A DNA stretch of 64,000 nucleotides from Candidatus Latescibacterota bacterium (GTDB lineage: Bacteria; Latescibacterota; UBA2968; GCA-2709665), in contig OZ241917.1 in assembly GCA_965203805.1 (NCBI GenBank), positions 3,680,001 to 3,744,000 on the forward strand. Direction: 5' to 3'. The notes below the pieces were generated by a model that saw only the letters and a list, made by a program, of their open reading frames with translations, had not been told where the DNA came from and ran no database searches. Position numbers and translations under genes: made by a program. Each line of letters begins with the position of its first letter. The stretch's first letter is position 1. Below are positions 47,305-57,200 of this stretch, piece after piece.

Positions 47305-49287
47305 ATGGCTGAAATCGGCAATTTTCTCATCTGGTTCTCGGCGGTCGCCTCCCTCTACGCGGCGGTGTCCGGTGTTCTGGCCGGCCGGACCGGCAGGCTG
47401 AATCTCACGCTCAGCACGGAACGCGCGGTTGCCGCCACTTTCGTTATGGTTCTGGGAGCCTTCGGCCTGCTGGAGTACTTTTTCCTCGACGACCGATTCG
47501 ACCTCCACTACGTGGCCGGTCATTCCAGCCGCGACCTGCCGACGCCCTATAAGTTCACCGCCGTATGGTCTGGCATGGAGGGCTCGCTCCTGCTCTGGGC
47601 CCTCATTCTGGCAGGTTTCAATTTCTTCGCCACGCGCAATACGCGGAGGTTCCGCGGGCCGCTGGCCTCGTACGCGACCATTGTGATGTCGCTCACCCAG
47701 GTCTTTTTCCTCGTCCTGATCGGATATTGGGAGAATCCCTTCCGCGAACTCGGTTTCGAGGCCCCCGACGGGCAGGGCATGAATCCGCTGCTGGTCCATC
47801 CGGCCATGGCCATTCACCCGCCCATGCTGTATCTCGGCTACGTGGGATTCATCGTACCGTATGCGTTCGCAATGGCCGCGCTTCTGAGCCGGCAGGTGGA
47901 CGAAGCGTGGATCCGCACCACCCGCCGCTGGACCATCTGGCCATGGTTTTTCCTTGGCACGGGGCAGCTCCTGGGCGGCAACTGGGCCTACGTGGTCCTC
48001 GGATGGGGCGGGTACTGGGGTTGGGACCCGGTTGAGAACGCCGCGCTGCTTCCCTGGCTCACGGGCACCGCGTTCCTGCATTCGGTTATGATCCAGGAAA
48101 AGAAGGGGATGCTCAAAGTCTGGAACATGGCGCTCATCATCCTCACCTTTACGCTGTGCATCTATGGCACCTTTCTGACCCGCAGCGGCCTGGTTTCCTC
48201 CGTGCATGCGTTCGCACAGTCGCCGATCGGCAGCGTGTTCCTCTATTTCCTGGCGGTCATCGTGGTCTTTTCCGCCGGCCTCCTGTGGCGGCGGCGGCCA
48301 TTGCTCAAGAGCGGGAACGAATACGAATCTCCCGTCTCCCGGGAAGGGGGCTTCCTGCTCAACAATCTCCTGTTTCTTACGGCCACTTTTGCGGTGTTCT
48401 GGGGCGTCATGTTCCCGGTGCTCTCGGAAGCCGTCACCGGCACAAAGGTCACCGTGGGCCCGCCCTTTTTCAGCACCGTAATGACGCCCATAGGCCTGCT
48501 TCTGCTTCTTCTGACGGGCGTGGGTCCGCTGCTGGCCTGGCGCAAGACGTCGGCGCGCAGCCTGAAAAAGCACTTCACCGGACCGGGCATCTTCGGTCTC
48601 CTCTGCGGGGCTGCCGCATTCGCCGCCGGGGCGCGCGAACCGTACGCGTTGATCTCCTTTACGCTGTGCGGATTCGTGACAGGCGCCATCGCCAGCGAGT
48701 TTCACAGAGGCGCGAAGGCGCGGGGAAGCAGTTCAAACGAGCCGTATCTCAGGGCGCTCTGGTCTCTCACCGTGCGAAACCGCCGGCGTTACGGCGGTTA
48801 TATCGTCCACTTCGGCGTTGTGCTTCTCTTCTTGGGATTCACGGGCAATGCCTTCAACCGGGAAATCGAAGCCGGGCTGAAGCACGGCGAGTCCGCGACC
48901 ATCGGCAAATACCGCCTCGTCTACGAAGGCAGTTCCCAGAGCCGGAATCCGCTCACCATCGTGATCCAGACCCAGCTTGGCGTGTACCAGGGCGACCGGC
49001 GTCTGGGGACGATGTGGCCGGAGCAGCACGTCTACTACAAACGAAAGGACCAGCAGCGAACCACGGAAGTCGCCGTCCGTTCCAGCCTGCGGGAAGACCT
49101 GTACGTCTTATATGAGGGGCGGGATCCGGACGGCGCCGCCCTGTTCAGAATCTACGTCAATCCCCTCGTGATGTGGGTCTGGATCGGCGCGTGGGTCCTC
49201 ACCTTCGGGACGGTAATCGCCATCCTGCCCGACCGGCGTGAGCGCCTCAGGCGCGGACGAAAGGTAGGGCTTCCCGCCGCTTCCTGA
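47305..49287 (+). CDS. ccmF: Heme lyase CcmF
   Basis: EGSLLLW; IHPPMLYLGY; WGGYWGWDPVENA; SVHAFA; NPLVMWVW. Confidence 0.97.
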   Translation: MAEIGNFLIWFSAVASLYAAVSGVLAGRTGRLNLTLSTERAVAATFVMVLGAFGLLEYFFLDDRFDLHYVAGHSSRDLPTPYKFTAVWSGMEGSLLLWALILAGFNFFATRNTRRFRGPLASYATIVMSLTQVFFLVLIGYWENPFRELGFEAPDGQGMNPLLVHPAMAIHPPMLYLGYVGFIVPYAFAMAALLSRQVDEAWIRTTRRWTIWPWFFLGTGQLLGGNWAYVVLGWGGYWGWDPVENAALLPWLTGTAFLHSVMIQEKKGMLKVWNMALIILTFTLCIYGTFLTRSGLVSSVHAFAQSPIGSVFLYFLAVIVVFSAGLLWRRRPLLKSGNEYESPVSREGGFLLNNLLFLTATFAVFWGVMFPVLSEAVTGTKVTVGPPFFSTVMTPIGLLLLLLTGVGPLLAWRKTSARSLKKHFTGPGIFGLLCGAAAFAAGAREPYALISFTLCGFVTGAIASEFHRGAKARGSSSNEPYLRALWSLTVRNRRRYGGYIVHFGVVLLFLGFTGNAFNREIEAGLKHGESATIGKYRLVYEGSSQSRNPLTIVIQTQLGVYQGDRRLGTMWPEQHVYYKRKDQQRTTEVAVRSSLREDLYVLYEGRDPDGAALFRIYVNPLVMWVWIGAWVLTFGTVIAILPDRRERLRRGRKVGLPAAS

Positions 49288-49352
49288 AAGGGTACGGTCT
49301 GAACAACAATAGGCAATCAGCTGCGTATCGAAAGCGGGCGAAATCCGGCGGC

Positions 49353-49844
49353 GTGTGTCTCCGGCGCTCCTTTTTCCGCGCACGGACTATCTTTCCGGCA
49401 TTTCTGCTTCTCTCGCTCGCATTCTCCGTGTCCGCGGAAGTGACGCAGGAACGGGTGAGGGAGGTGGCAAAGGGCCTCGCCTGTCTCTGCGGCGACTGCC
49501 CTCGCCGTCCGCTGGACGAATGTTCCTGCGGCTGGGCGGATCGAAAGAGAGCACGAATTGCCGAAGCTCTGGAAGCCGGGCAGGACAAGGAGGCCATCGT
49601 TGCCGGCTTTGTGGCGGAATTCGGCCAGGAAGTTTTCGTCACGCCCCCGGCCGAGGGCTTCAATCTCTCCGCCTGGATCATGCCCATTGTGGCGCTGCTG
49701 CTCGGCGCTGTCGTGTTGGCGGCGGTGCTGCGCAACTGGTCGCGGCATCGCGCAGTTCCCGCGGAAGGAAGGACCCCGGAAACCGAGGCCGACGAAAAAT
49801 ACAGATCGAGGCTGGAGCATGAACTCCGGGAGCGGGAACTGTGA
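49353..49844 (+). CDS. ccmH: CcmH-like protein
   Basis: LACLCGDC..CSC; FG..V..P..GFN..AWIMP TM segment. Confidence 0.8.
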   Translation: MCLRRSFFRARTIFPAFLLLSLAFSVSAEVTQERVREVAKGLACLCGDCPRRPLDECSCGWADRKRARIAEALEAGQDKEAIVAGFVAEFGQEVFVTPPAEGFNLSAWIMPIVALLLGAVVLAAVLRNWSRHRAVPAEGRTPETEADEKYRSRLEHELREREL

Positions 49845-50269
49845 GCGTCGGGGTCTGCATCGTCATTGTCACGGCCGTCTTCATCTTTGTGTTCCGCCCG
49901 TTCATGACCACGCGTGGTCGGGTCGGACAGACGCATGCGGGATCCGGTCGCGGAAACCGGCTCGTTGAAGACAGAGAGGCCCTGTATGATGCCATCCGCG
50001 AGCTGGACTTCGACTATCGCATGGGAAAGGTGGAAGAAGACGACTATCGCGCGACCCGTTCACGCTATGAGAGCCGGGCGGTTGAACTGATAAAGGCTAT
50101 CGAGGAAACCGCCGCTCCCGCTCAGGGAATCGAGGATCGTATCGAACGGGAAATCGCCGCCCTCAGACAAAAGGACGCCATCACGTGCGCCGGGTGCGGA
50201 AGCACGACGCCCCCGGGCGCCCGCTTTTGTCCGCAATGCGGCAAAGCCCTCGCGGAATCTCGTCCATGA
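49841..50269 (+). CDS. CcmI-like membrane protein with C-terminal zinc ribbon
   Basis: TM segment; IRELDFDYRMGKVEEDDY; CAGCG..FCPQCG. Confidence 0.75.
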   Translation: MSVGVCIVIVTAVFIFVFRPFMTTRGRVGQTHAGSGRGNRLVEDREALYDAIRELDFDYRMGKVEEDDYRATRSRYESRAVELIKAIEETAAPAQGIEDRIEREIAALRQKDAITCAGCGSTTPPGARFCPQCGKALAESRP

Positions 50270-51360
50270 GCAGACGATTCTACTGTCTCGTCCTTCTGCT
50301 GGCCGGGTTTTCTGACGCATCCTCCGCCACAGGCCTGGTCGTTGGTCAGGTCACCAATGAGACGCTTTCCGCGCCCCAGCGGGAATGCGTGGTTTCGCTG
50401 ATCCGCCAGACCGCCGAACCCGAAATCGTCCTTCAGGACACCACCGATGAAAAGGGGCGATTCTCGTTCAGGGACGCAGGCGGCGATGACGCGCTGTGGT
50501 TTCTTTCGGCGGCCTATGCGGGCGTCAATTACGTCCAGCGGCTTGCGGACGGCCCCAACGAAATCGCTGTCTTCGAAACCACCGACTCGGACACGGCCGT
50601 CTCCGTTGTCTCCCACCACATCATCGTGGACGCGGCCGAAAAACGAGTCGAACAGATACTGATCGTACAGAATACCGGAAACCGCACGTTCAGGACCGGC
50701 GAGGGGCATGGGCACGGACTGGAGGTTCTCCTTCCGGAAGGCGTTACCGAAGTGAGGGAAGGGCCGCAGGGCCTTCACACGCACGGCGAGATTCTCGTGA
50801 ATCCGGATCCCGTTCGACCGGGTCACAGCCAGCTCCTGTTTGCATTTGACATGCCCGCTTCCGGGCGCCTGTCGCAAACGCTGAGCTATCCCACCGGTAC
50901 CGTGGACGTCTTCATCACGCCACCCGAAGCGGACGTCAAGACAGGCGCGCTTCAGGATAGAGGCGAGGCCGCGTTTGAACAGCACAGCTTTCGAAGGTTC
51001 TCCGGCGCCGGGTTTAACAGGGGCGACCGGATCGATCTGGAAGTCAACGCCTCGCCATGGTCTCTTTCGTCCATCATGGGGGATATCGAACTCATCTGGG
51101 TGTTTTCCGGCCTGGCGGTCGGCTTTGCGCTGCTTGCCGTCTTCCTTCGGCCGTCCGGGAAGCACGTTTCTCCCGAGTCAACGCAAACCGAAGGCCGGCC
51201 CGACGTCCTCGCGCGCAGAAATGCCCTTGTTCACCAGATCGCGGACATGGATAACCGATACGAGAAGGGCGTGCTTTCGAATGAAGAGTACCAGGCCCGG
51301 CGGGATGCCTTTAAAGCGGAGCTTGTGGAGATGACCCGCATTGTGGATGGGGAGGCGTAA
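50266..51360 (+). CDS. Exported membrane-anchored protein of the ccm operon
   Basis: Signal peptide; TTDEKGRFSF beta-sandwich; C-terminal TM and IADMDNRYEKG.LS.EEY CcmI-like tail. Confidence 0.7.
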   Translation: MSRRFYCLVLLLAGFSDASSATGLVVGQVTNETLSAPQRECVVSLIRQTAEPEIVLQDTTDEKGRFSFRDAGGDDALWFLSAAYAGVNYVQRLADGPNEIAVFETTDSDTAVSVVSHHIIVDAAEKRVEQILIVQNTGNRTFRTGEGHGHGLEVLLPEGVTEVREGPQGLHTHGEILVNPDPVRPGHSQLLFAFDMPASGRLSQTLSYPTGTVDVFITPPEADVKTGALQDRGEAAFEQHSFRRFSGAGFNRGDRIDLEVNASPWSLSSIMGDIELIWVFSGLAVGFALLAVFLRPSGKHVSPESTQTEGRPDVLARRNALVHQIADMDNRYEKGVLSNEEYQARRDAFKAELVEMTRIVDGEA

Positions 51361-51365
51361 GCGTT

Positions 51366-52106
51366 GTGGCCCCGCCCGCTCCGGCGATCGTTCTCAAAAC
51401 CGTGGAAAAACGGTACGGCCGCCTCGCCGCCCTGGACGGCGTCGACCTCAACCTTCCAGGCGGGGCCCTTGCGCTTCTGGGTCCGAACGGGGCCGGCAAA
51501 ACCACCCTCCTGCGGGTTATCGCCACCCTTTCCAGGCCTACGCGCGGGCGTATTTTCATCCGGGGCAGAGACGCCCGCAAGGAACCGGAACGCGTGCGGG
51601 CCGACATCGGCCTGATTTCCCACCAGACCTTTCTCTACGAGGATCTGACCGCTCGCGAAAACCTGAGCTTCTACGGCCGTCTGTACGGCCTGCGCGACCT
51701 CAAGGAACGGGTGAGAAGGGCGTTGGAGGACGTCGGCCTTTCCGGCAGGGAAGACGACCGCGTCCGCGGGTTCTCCAGGGGGATGAAACAGCGCCTCGCC
51801 ATTGCCCGGGCAACGCTCCACCATCCCGCGATTCTTCTTCTCGACGAGCCGTTTACAGGCCTGGATGCCGCCGCGTGCGCCATGTTGAGCGACCGGCTGC
51901 AACACCATCGCCGGGAGGGGCGAACGGCCATCCTGGTGACCCATGATCTGCAACGGGGTCTGTCGCTGGCGGACCGTTTCGCGATCCTGAACCGGGGGCG
52001 GTTCGTGGCGAAGGGAGAAACCCGGGGACTTTCCCCCGAGGCGATGGAACGTCGTTATGAAGGCGCCATAAACCAGCAACCTTCCGCAATCGGGACGTCA
52101 GGATAG
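51366..52106 (+). CDS. ccmA: Heme exporter ATP-binding protein
   Basis: GPNGAGKT; FSRGMKQR; LLLDEP; ccm context. Confidence 0.9.
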   Translation: MAPPAPAIVLKTVEKRYGRLAALDGVDLNLPGGALALLGPNGAGKTTLLRVIATLSRPTRGRIFIRGRDARKEPERVRADIGLISHQTFLYEDLTARENLSFYGRLYGLRDLKERVRRALEDVGLSGREDDRVRGFSRGMKQRLAIARATLHHPAILLLDEPFTGLDAAACAMLSDRLQHHRREGRTAILVTHDLQRGLSLADRFAILNRGRFVAKGETRGLSPEAMERRYEGAINQQPSAIGTSG

Positions 52107-52166
52107 GCGCGGACCGCCACCCCGCCCACGTCTGAAGTCCGGTCCAACGCGGGAACGGGGGTATCC

Positions 52167-52847
52167 CTGGCTTTCTTCTTCCGTCAGGTTTCCGCTGTAT
52201 TCTGGAAAGATTTCAAGACCGAGTTACGCACCAGAGAGCGACTCAGCGCCATGTGTTTTTTTGCGTTTCTGGTGCTTCTCGTCTTTAATTTCGTGTTCAC
52301 ACCCGATTCCGAAACCATCAGAAACGCGGCGCCGGGCATATTCTGGGTCGCCGTTACGTTTTCCGGATTCATGGTCCTGACACGTTCCTTCATTTCGGAA
52401 CGCGAAAACGACTGCCTGACGGGCCTCCTGCTTTCTCCCGCCGATCGGGGGGCGATCTACCTGGGCAAGATGCTGGCGAACCTCTGCGCCATGCTCCTGC
52501 TCGAGGCCCTGATTCTTCCGCTGATGGCTGTCTTTCTGAATATCGACGTCTGGCAGCACCTGCCGCGCCTGGTTCCAGGACTCCTGCTGGGAACCCTCGG
52601 ATTCGCCGCCGTGGGCACCCTCTTCGCCGCGATGTCGCTCAAGACCCGGCTCCAGGAGGCCCTGCTGCCAATGCTTACCCTTCCGGTTCTGGTCCCGGCC
52701 CTCCTGGCGGCCGTCGAATCTTTCCGGGGGGCGCTGGCGGGTGACTCTCTCTCCGAAATCTCCGCCTGGACCAACATCGGCGCCGCGTTCGCGCTGCTGT
52801 TCGTGGCGGCCTGCGTGCTTTTGTTCGACTATGTTGTCGAGGAGTGA
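52167..52847 (+). CDS. ccmB: Heme exporter protein B
   Basis: WKDFKTELRTRE; APGIFWVA; ERENDCL..LLLSP; IYLGK; LLPMLTLP. Probable CTG start. Confidence 0.9.
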   Translation: MAFFFRQVSAVFWKDFKTELRTRERLSAMCFFAFLVLLVFNFVFTPDSETIRNAAPGIFWVAVTFSGFMVLTRSFISERENDCLTGLLLSPADRGAIYLGKMLANLCAMLLLEALILPLMAVFLNIDVWQHLPRLVPGLLLGTLGFAAVGTLFAAMSLKTRLQEALLPMLTLPVLVPALLAAVESFRGALAGDSLSEISAWTNIGAAFALLFVAACVLLFDYVVEE

Positions 52848-52848
52848 T

Positions 52849-53547
52849 ATGGGGAAGCGACTGTACCTCTGGTCCCGTATCCTGGGCGCGCTGGCGCTGA
52901 TCGGTATGTTGATTGCGCCCTGGCTCGCCCTCGTGTACGCAAGTGTGGAGAGGCAGATGGGCCTCGCCCAGAAGATCTTCTACTTTCACGTGCCGTCTGC
53001 TTTCGCAATGTACGCCGCCTTCTTTCTCGTCTTCGTGTTCAGCATCCTGTACCTCGTTCAAAAGAAAAAAATGTGGGACATCTGGGCCGCGTGCGCAGCC
53101 GAAGTCGGTCTTCTCTTCTGCACGCTCGTGTTACTCACCGGCCCCATCTGGGCGAAGCCCGTCTGGGGCGCCTGGTGGGTGTGGGACGCACAGTTGACCC
53201 TTACCCTGGTCCTCTGGCTGATATTCGTCGCCTACATGATGTTGAAGAGTTACAGCGAGGATCCGCTTCAGAGCGCCAGATTCCGGGCGGTTCTGGGGAT
53301 TATCGGGTTTCTTGACGCGCCGCTCATTCATTACTCCACGCGGCTGTGGCGCACCCAGCATCCCGAGGTTGTCAGGGCGGAAACAATCGGCCTCCCGCCC
53401 GACATGCTGGTCGCGTTCGTCTTCTGCTGTGCCGTATTCATCGTGCTTGCCGCCGCCATTCTGACCAGACGCGTCTCGCTCGAATTTGCCAGGGACGAGC
53501 TCGAATCGCTCAGGGCCCGATTCCGCGTGTTGGAAACGCAGGCGTAG
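52849..53547 (+). CDS. ccmC: Heme exporter protein C
   Basis: IFYFHVPSA; TGPIWAKPVWGAWWVWD; WRTQHP. Confidence 0.95.
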   Translation: MGKRLYLWSRILGALALIGMLIAPWLALVYASVERQMGLAQKIFYFHVPSAFAMYAAFFLVFVFSILYLVQKKKMWDIWAACAAEVGLLFCTLVLLTGPIWAKPVWGAWWVWDAQLTLTLVLWLIFVAYMMLKSYSEDPLQSARFRAVLGIIGFLDAPLIHYSTRLWRTQHPEVVRAETIGLPPDMLVAFVFCCAVFIVLAAAILTRRVSLEFARDELESLRARFRVLETQA

Positions 53548-53589
53548 CGGACCCTGGGCTGACCTGCCGGGCTTTTTCGGAGGACTTCA

Positions 53590-53760
53590 ATGCAACACCT
53601 CGGTTACATGGCCGCCGCATACGCCATCATATGGGCGGCGATTCTTATCTATTTCCTGGGCCTCGGACGCCGCGAACGCGAGATATGGCGCGAAATCCAC
53701 GAGCTGCGCGAATCCGTCGGCAGACGGGACGCCGGGGTCGATTCGGGCGAACACCAATAG
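53590..53760 (+). CDS. ccmD: CcmD-like small membrane protein (not in ORF track)
   Basis: GGAGG SD; MQHLGYMAAAYAIIWAAILIYFLGLGRREREIWREIHELR... Confidence 0.8.
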   Translation: MQHLGYMAAAYAIIWAAILIYFLGLGRREREIWREIHELRESVGRRDAGVDSGEHQ

Positions 53761-53806
53761 GCGGCAGGTCGGTCCGAAGCCCTTCCGGCGCCGTCACAGG
53801 AACCCT

Positions 53807-54583
53807 ATGGCCGTAAAGAACGCCCGCAAGATCCTTGCGCTTATCAGGAACCGAAAGGCGCGGGAGCGCGAACGCCAGTTCGTTATCGAAGGCATCCGCC
53901 TGGTCGAAGAAGCGTTGCTGTCGAACGCACCGGTCGAGCAGCTCATCTTCGACAGGGACGCCCTCGAGGCCGACGTGCGCCTGCAGCAGTTTCACCGGGA
54001 GGCGGAAAGCCGAAATATTACCGTCCAGCAGACAGACCGCAGGGCGATCAGAAATATGGGCGAGCATCAGAATCCCGAGGGCGTGCTGGGCGTGGTTCGA
54101 TTTCAGGAGCGAAGCAGGGACCGGGTGCTGGACGCAAGCGGTCCTCTCCTTCTCTTCGACCGGCTGCGAGACCCCAACAACCTCGGTCTGGTCCTCCGCA
54201 CCGCCGAGGCGGCGGGCGTTGCCGCCGTCTTCCTTTCGCCCGGTTCCGTCGAACTCTACAATTCCAAGGTTGTGCGCGCCTCCCGGGGCTCCATTTTTCG
54301 CCTTCCCGTCTTTCGAAACGAAGACCTCCCCGCGCTGATCGGGGACCTGCGGCAGCGCGGCGTCCGCGTTATCTCCACCGAGCTTTGCGGTACGCCATTC
54401 TACGAGACCAGACAGAGCGGCCGTGTCGCCTTTCTGTTTGGCAACGAGACGTCCGGCGTCGACCCGGACCTCCAGGGCCGCGTTCACGAGACCGTCTCCA
54501 TACCCACGGCTGAGGGGGTGAATTCCCTCAACGTGGCCGTCGCCGCGGGCATTCTGCTGTTCAATCACCGCGAGCCCACCTGA
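53807..54583 (+). CDS. TrmH/SpoU family RNA methyltransferase
   Basis: FVIEGIRLVEE; DPNNLG.VLRTA; FGNE..G; SLNVAVAAGI. Confidence 0.93.
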   Translation: MAVKNARKILALIRNRKARERERQFVIEGIRLVEEALLSNAPVEQLIFDRDALEADVRLQQFHREAESRNITVQQTDRRAIRNMGEHQNPEGVLGVVRFQERSRDRVLDASGPLLLFDRLRDPNNLGLVLRTAEAAGVAAVFLSPGSVELYNSKVVRASRGSIFRLPVFRNEDLPALIGDLRQRGVRVISTELCGTPFYETRQSGRVAFLFGNETSGVDPDLQGRVHETVSIPTAEGVNSLNVAVAAGILLFNHREPT

Positions 54584-54588
54584 CACAA

Positions 54589-54621
54589 GAAGCGCCCGGC
54601 GGATGTTCCACCGGGCGCTTC
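54589..54621. terminator. Hairpin between convergent genes
   Basis: GAAGCGCCCGG/CCGGGCGCTTC. Confidence 0.6.
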
Positions 54622-54671
54622 ATCCGCTTCATCCATCCTCACCAGGAAGAAGGACGACCGGGGGCGACTCA

Positions 54672-56006
54672 CTAATAAACCGCGGCCGTCAGCGACCCCC
54701 GGTTTGACTCGTCACGGTACGCCTCATAGAGATGCGGCCGGCGCTGCAACCAGTTCACTTCCCGGAAGCACCCCCCGTTCCATGTCCGATACCCGTCCGC
54801 CAGGTCTACCGTCGCCAGAATGTGGGCGCTGTCTCCTTCGTTCCACGCCAGGATGTCGCCCTTTCTATCCACCACACAGCTGCCCTGCGTCGTATTCCGC
54901 GCAACCACCATACACACCTGGTTGTCCATCGCGCGAGTTCGCATGATGGCCTTCCAGCGGTCCTCGCTGAAGATCGGCGATCCGGTACTCCACCTGCTGG
55001 CGCGGTGATCGCCCATGATCGGCAGCAGGAGAAAGTCCGCCCCGCTCAGTCCCACCATCCGTGAGGATTCAGCAGCTGAGCTGTCCATGCAGATATTGCA
55101 TCCGATTCGTCCGATGACCGTGTCGAACATGGGAAAGCCGTCACCGGGCAGAATTCCGGATTCGCTTTCGCCGCCCACAGCCAGATGCACCTTCCGATAT
55201 CTGCCGTCCACCGCTCCGTCCGGACCCAACAACGCCGCCGTATTGTGAACCGCGTCGCCGTCTCGCTCGATCAGTCCCAGGAGAAGGTACAGGCCGTGAC
55301 GGCGGGCAAGGTCCGCAAACGGCGCCGTTTCCGGGCCTGGCAGCGGTACCGCCAGGTCGATAGGACTCCCCGAAATCCCCCACTGAAGGGCGATTTCGGG
55401 CAATACGATCAGGTCCGGCCCATCATCGCACGCGGCCTCGCACAGCGGCAAATAATATTCGATGTTTTCGGTAACGGTCGTGTAGGGTCCCTTCCGAGAC
55501 CCTGACTTGCCGGTTACGACCGCCACCTTCACCGCCGCGGGCATCTCCGGGGCCTCAACAATCTCTGCCTCCGGCAGATGCCACTCCGACTCACCAGCGG
55601 TTGCCCACCGGAACGTGCCGCGCAACGTCAAGAGGTCGACGCCTTCCGGCGCGGTCATTGTTCTGGAAAACCGGATCGTCCGCGGTCCGGCCGGCTCCGG
55701 CAGGAGGTAATCCCATCCCTTTATGTCTCCCGTACGTACCGTCGCGTCGTCCGGCGGCATCTCCCCCCAGTAGGATTTGCAGCGCAGCGTGTCCCGCGGG
55801 TGGTCAAGAGCCCTGTAGTCCACCTCCCACGTTGCCCGTAGCGTCTGACCCTGTTCAATCCCCGAGAATACCGCCTGCCATCCGCCAACGCATGTCCGTG
55901 TTCCATTGGCCGCCGCCGCGAAGGTCTTGCCGTCTCGCTCGGTCAAAGGCGCGGCGGAAGGATGCGGCGCCCAGGGTTCGATCCTCTCCAGTTTCAGGTC
56001 GGCCAT
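54672..56006 (-). CDS. Carbon-nitrogen hydrolase family protein with N-terminal extension
   Basis: LIVLPE; YRKVHL; NICMD (E-K-C triad). Confidence 0.9.
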   Translation of the reverse strand: MADLKLERIEPWAPHPSAAPLTERDGKTFAAAANGTRTCVGGWQAVFSGIEQGQTLRATWEVDYRALDHPRDTLRCKSYWGEMPPDDATVRTGDIKGWDYLLPEPAGPRTIRFSRTMTAPEGVDLLTLRGTFRWATAGESEWHLPEAEIVEAPEMPAAVKVAVVTGKSGSRKGPYTTVTENIEYYLPLCEAACDDGPDLIVLPEIALQWGISGSPIDLAVPLPGPETAPFADLARRHGLYLLLGLIERDGDAVHNTAALLGPDGAVDGRYRKVHLAVGGESESGILPGDGFPMFDTVIGRIGCNICMDSSAAESSRMVGLSGADFLLLPIMGDHRASRWSTGSPIFSEDRWKAIMRTRAMDNQVCMVVARNTTQGSCVVDRKGDILAWNEGDSAHILATVDLADGYRTWNGGCFREVNWLQRRPHLYEAYRDESNRGSLTAAVY

Positions 56007-56046
56007 TTCTACCTCCCGCGGGTAGGTGTTACAAGCGTCATCGGAT

Positions 56047-57153
56047 TCACTTCCGGCGTTCGCCGGCTTTCAATATTCCATCGACAAACGCATAGGCCTG
56101 TTCGCGGATATCCGGCGGAAACGCATGCTCCGCGTCGGGGTGTACAGCCAGCAGACGGCCGGAGGCGCCAAGCAGCGCGTATACGGGCGCTGCCGCCTTT
56201 ACGCAATCTCTAACACCCGACACCTCGAAATTACTGTCCCGTGTGGGCGCATTGATGAAGAAGGCCCGCGGCGCGAGGGCGGCGACCACCTCCGTGAAGT
56301 CGAACGGCATCCGATTCGGGTCCCTGGCGTAGCGCTCGGATATACGCGGCATATACCCCCGATGGCTCCACCCCGTCAGGTCGCCGTTGTAATATTTGAA
56401 GAACGAAGTGAACCCGCAACTGGACACCACGACCTGCAACCGGGGTTCGAACACGGACAGATACATGGAATTGTGTCCGCCGAGGGAATGGCCGATACAC
56501 CCGATCCGGCCGCGGTCCACCTCCGGCAGCGACTGAAGCAGGTCCACGGCCCGCATGTGGTTCCAGATCCCTTTCATTGTGGCGCTGGCATACCCATTCT
56601 GATATGCATCGAATTCGTAATCTCCGAAATTCACATAGTCCGGCGCCAGTGTCACGTAACCCCTGCGCGCAAGTTCCAGCGCATAGTGCAGATCGGGGAT
56701 GCCACCCACGCCCGCGGGTTCGCCCTTCCCGATCTTCGTTGTCTGGTGCAGGCACAACATTGCCGGCGCCTTGCCATTCAGGCCCTTCGGGACCAGCAGG
56801 TACGCGGGAACCCGGTCCTCCGGTTCCGACAGGTACGTGACTTTCTTCCGTATCACGTCGCCCAGGTCCTCCGCAGCCAAGACCTCGATCTGCAGTTCAG
56901 GCAGGCTGGAGCGGTCGGGAAGGGGTCCCATCACTTCCTCCATATTCGCCAGAATATGCGCCCGCCGCTTCGCCCAGTCCTCCGCGTTCGTTATCGCCCT
57001 CTCCTTGCCCTCCGCATCCAAATATACCAATAGGTTCATCTTATCCTCATAGAATGGCAGGCTCTGTTCGGCAGCGGGGACGCCCACCAGCATCGCGCTC
57101 CACAATACCAGCCCGACCGTCCATTGCGAAAACCTGGTCAGAAAAGACACCAT
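56047..57153 (-). CDS. Exported alpha/beta hydrolase (dienelactone hydrolase-like)
   Basis: Signal peptide; VPAYLLVP; GHSLGG; D..F..H.F. Confidence 0.88.
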   Translation of the reverse strand: MVSFLTRFSQWTVGLVLWSAMLVGVPAAEQSLPFYEDKMNLLVYLDAEGKERAITNAEDWAKRRAHILANMEEVMGPLPDRSSLPELQIEVLAAEDLGDVIRKKVTYLSEPEDRVPAYLLVPKGLNGKAPAMLCLHQTTKIGKGEPAGVGGIPDLHYALELARRGYVTLAPDYVNFGDYEFDAYQNGYASATMKGIWNHMRAVDLLQSLPEVDRGRIGCIGHSLGGHNSMYLSVFEPRLQVVVSSCGFTSFFKYYNGDLTGWSHRGYMPRISERYARDPNRMPFDFTEVVAALAPRAFFINAPTRDSNFEVSGVRDCVKAAAPVYALLGASGRLLAVHPDAEHAFPPDIREQAYAFVDGILKAGERRK

Positions 57154-57200
57154 TCAGAGTTCCTCGATGAAGAATCTTGACAGAAACACGATCGCGCGAC

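Noticed and set aside
7281-53760. Genome-wide TAG reassignment
   Set aside because: Other genes (SDR at 32011, ccmC, ccmD) end at TAG at expected lengths, and no internal TAGs interrupt conserved genes.
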